Shown one piece after another: positions 62,580 through 64,000 of a stretch of 64,000 nucleotides of DNA. How positions within the stretch are numbered: position 1 is the stretch's first letter; each line of letters begins with the position of its first letter. The translations under genes were made by a program, and so were the position numbers. Source of the stretch: a virus. Lineage: Duplodnaviria > Caudoviricetes. The notes under the pieces were generated by a model. It saw only the letters and a program-made list of their open reading frames with translations. It was not told where the DNA came from and did no database searches. The stretch spans positions 32,001 through 96,000 of IMG/VR virus record IMGVR_UViG_3300011008_002750; one strand, 5' to 3'.

Positions 62580-63155
62580 ATGATAGATTATCAAAATGTT
62601 AGTGCTAAATCTGGCACAAGTAAAATTGTATGGCTTATTGTAGCTTTGTTTGTTGTTACTGCTTTGTCAGTTTGTGCAAGTATGTATTTCAGTTATAATA
62701 ATCAAGAGATTTCATTGCGAAAGCAAGCAGAAGCGCAACGAGGAAAAGTTGAAGGAGTGTTTGATACTATGTGGAAAACTATTTCATAACAAGCACAAGT
62801 TTCTAATAAGTATAAAGATGCATTTAAAGAGATTTATCCAGATTTGATTGCTGGACGTTATTCTCAAGGTGGTGGAAGTCTTATGAAATGGATTCAAGAA
62901 GCAAATCCAGAATTTGACACATCTTTGTATAAACAATTGATGCAAACTATTGAAGTTCAGCGATTGCAATTTCAGAAGTCACAAGAGCGAATGTTGGATA
63001 TTATTCGTGAACATGAAACACTTTGCGAGACATATCCTGGAACATGGTTTGTTAAAAATAAAGCGCCAATTGAATATACTGTAATTTCTTCAACTAAAAC
63101 AAAGTTGACAATGGAAACAGGAGTTGACGATGATGTAAATTTGTTTAAAAAATAA
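62580..63155 (+). pseudogene. LemA-like membrane-anchored coiled-coil protein with in-frame TAA at 62787
   Basis: Both track ORFs are in the same frame: WKTIS*QAQVSNKYK..GRY..LMKWIQE.NP. Confidence 0.7.
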
Positions 63156-63279
63156 TTATGAAAAGTTTAATATTATTTAAAAGTTTACATATTTTTTGGA
63201 GGACTTTAATTTGTAAAGTCCTTTCAAAATTTTCAAATAATAATTATTCATATTACTGGCATAAAATTTTTCAATAAGT

Positions 63280-64000
63280 ATGTTAATTTTTTGTTTTCTT
63301 ATACCTTTTATTGCATGTCTAATTCTATATTTTGGATTTAGACATGCAACTGTATGGTGGGAATATATTGTTTTAATATTTCCGAGTATTTTATTGACGC
63401 TTGTTTTATATTTTTCTTTAAAATATACAGGAATAACTGATACTGAATATCTTGGATATTATGTGACAAAGGTTTGTTATTATGAACCTTGGAATGAATA
63501 TGTTTATAGAACATGTACACGTGAGGTTTATGATGGAACTGACAGTGAAGGACATGCAAAATATCATACTGAAACATATGATTGTTCTTATGTAGATTAT
63601 CATCCAGCAGAATGGACAATGATTAATAATGTTAATCATGAAACATATATTTCAGAAGATTTATATAATTATATTTGTCAACGATTTGGAACTCCAAAGA
63701 GATTTGTAGATATGCATCGCCATTATTATACAATAGATGGTGACAAATATGAATGTCATTTTAATGGTGACAGAAATCGAATGTATACATTGACAGATTC
63801 GCATTATTATAAAAACAAAATTTTAAAAAGCAAATCTATTTTCAATTATTCTGAAGTTTCTGAACAAGATAAAAAAGATTATAGATTATTTGATTATCCG
63901 GATTTTTCATATAAGAATGATCAGTGTCCGATAATGTCTGAGATTTATGTTCCGAAATATGTTATTGATTCATTTAAATATGTTAATGCATATTATGGTA
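63280..64000 (+). CDS. membrane protein, 5' part (runs off window)
   Basis: Two N-terminal TM segments, then DTEYLG..YYEPWNE..C..YDCSYVDYHPAEW; open to window end. Confidence 0.75.
   Translation, partial: MLIFCFLIPFIACLILYFGFRHATVWWEYIVLIFPSILLTLVLYFSLKYTGITDTEYLGYYVTKVCYYEPWNEYVYRTCTREVYDGTDSEGHAKYHTETYDCSYVDYHPAEWTMINNVNHETYISEDLYNYICQRFGTPKRFVDMHRHYYTIDGDKYECHFNGDRNRMYTLTDSHYYKNKILKSKSIFNYSEVSEQDKKDYRLFDYPDFSYKNDQCPIMSEIYVPKYVIDSFKYVNAYYG

Overview
This is 64 kb of a very AT-rich, T4-like jumbo/megaphage genome, most similar in character to the Lak-type Prevotella/Bacteroidota phages. TAG is read as Gln (code 15), so the supplied ORF track is fragmented; reading TAG as Q rebuilds long genes that all end in TAA or TGA. 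The window holds much of the morphogenesis core (portal gp20, terminases gp16/gp17 with an intein, gp13, gp4, gp19, gp5, gp26/gp51-like, tape measure, a hub with an M15 peptidase), plus the late sigma gp55, RNase H, an endolysin, a NADAR protein and a glycosylation cluster. Highlights: (1) two modular Vsr-like endonuclease cassettes flanking gp13, each behind a covarying loop-E/pseudoknot leader RNA with a three-copy 7-nt key and bounded by short direct repeats; (2) a clamp loader fractured by an atypically split intein (23-aa IntN) with a free-standing nuclease between the halves; (3) a prfB-type CTT-TGA +1 frameshift candidate joining gp26-like and gp51-like ORFs; (4) two TnpB elements that insert on stop codons (ATAA to ATGA), carry a covarying 5' pseudoknot and were independently broken at the same spot; (5) a portable TAG-rich N-terminal module fused to DUF285 or C-type-lectin-fold domains. 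No tRNA or CRISPR array was seen. All family assignments are from motif recognition, not database searches.
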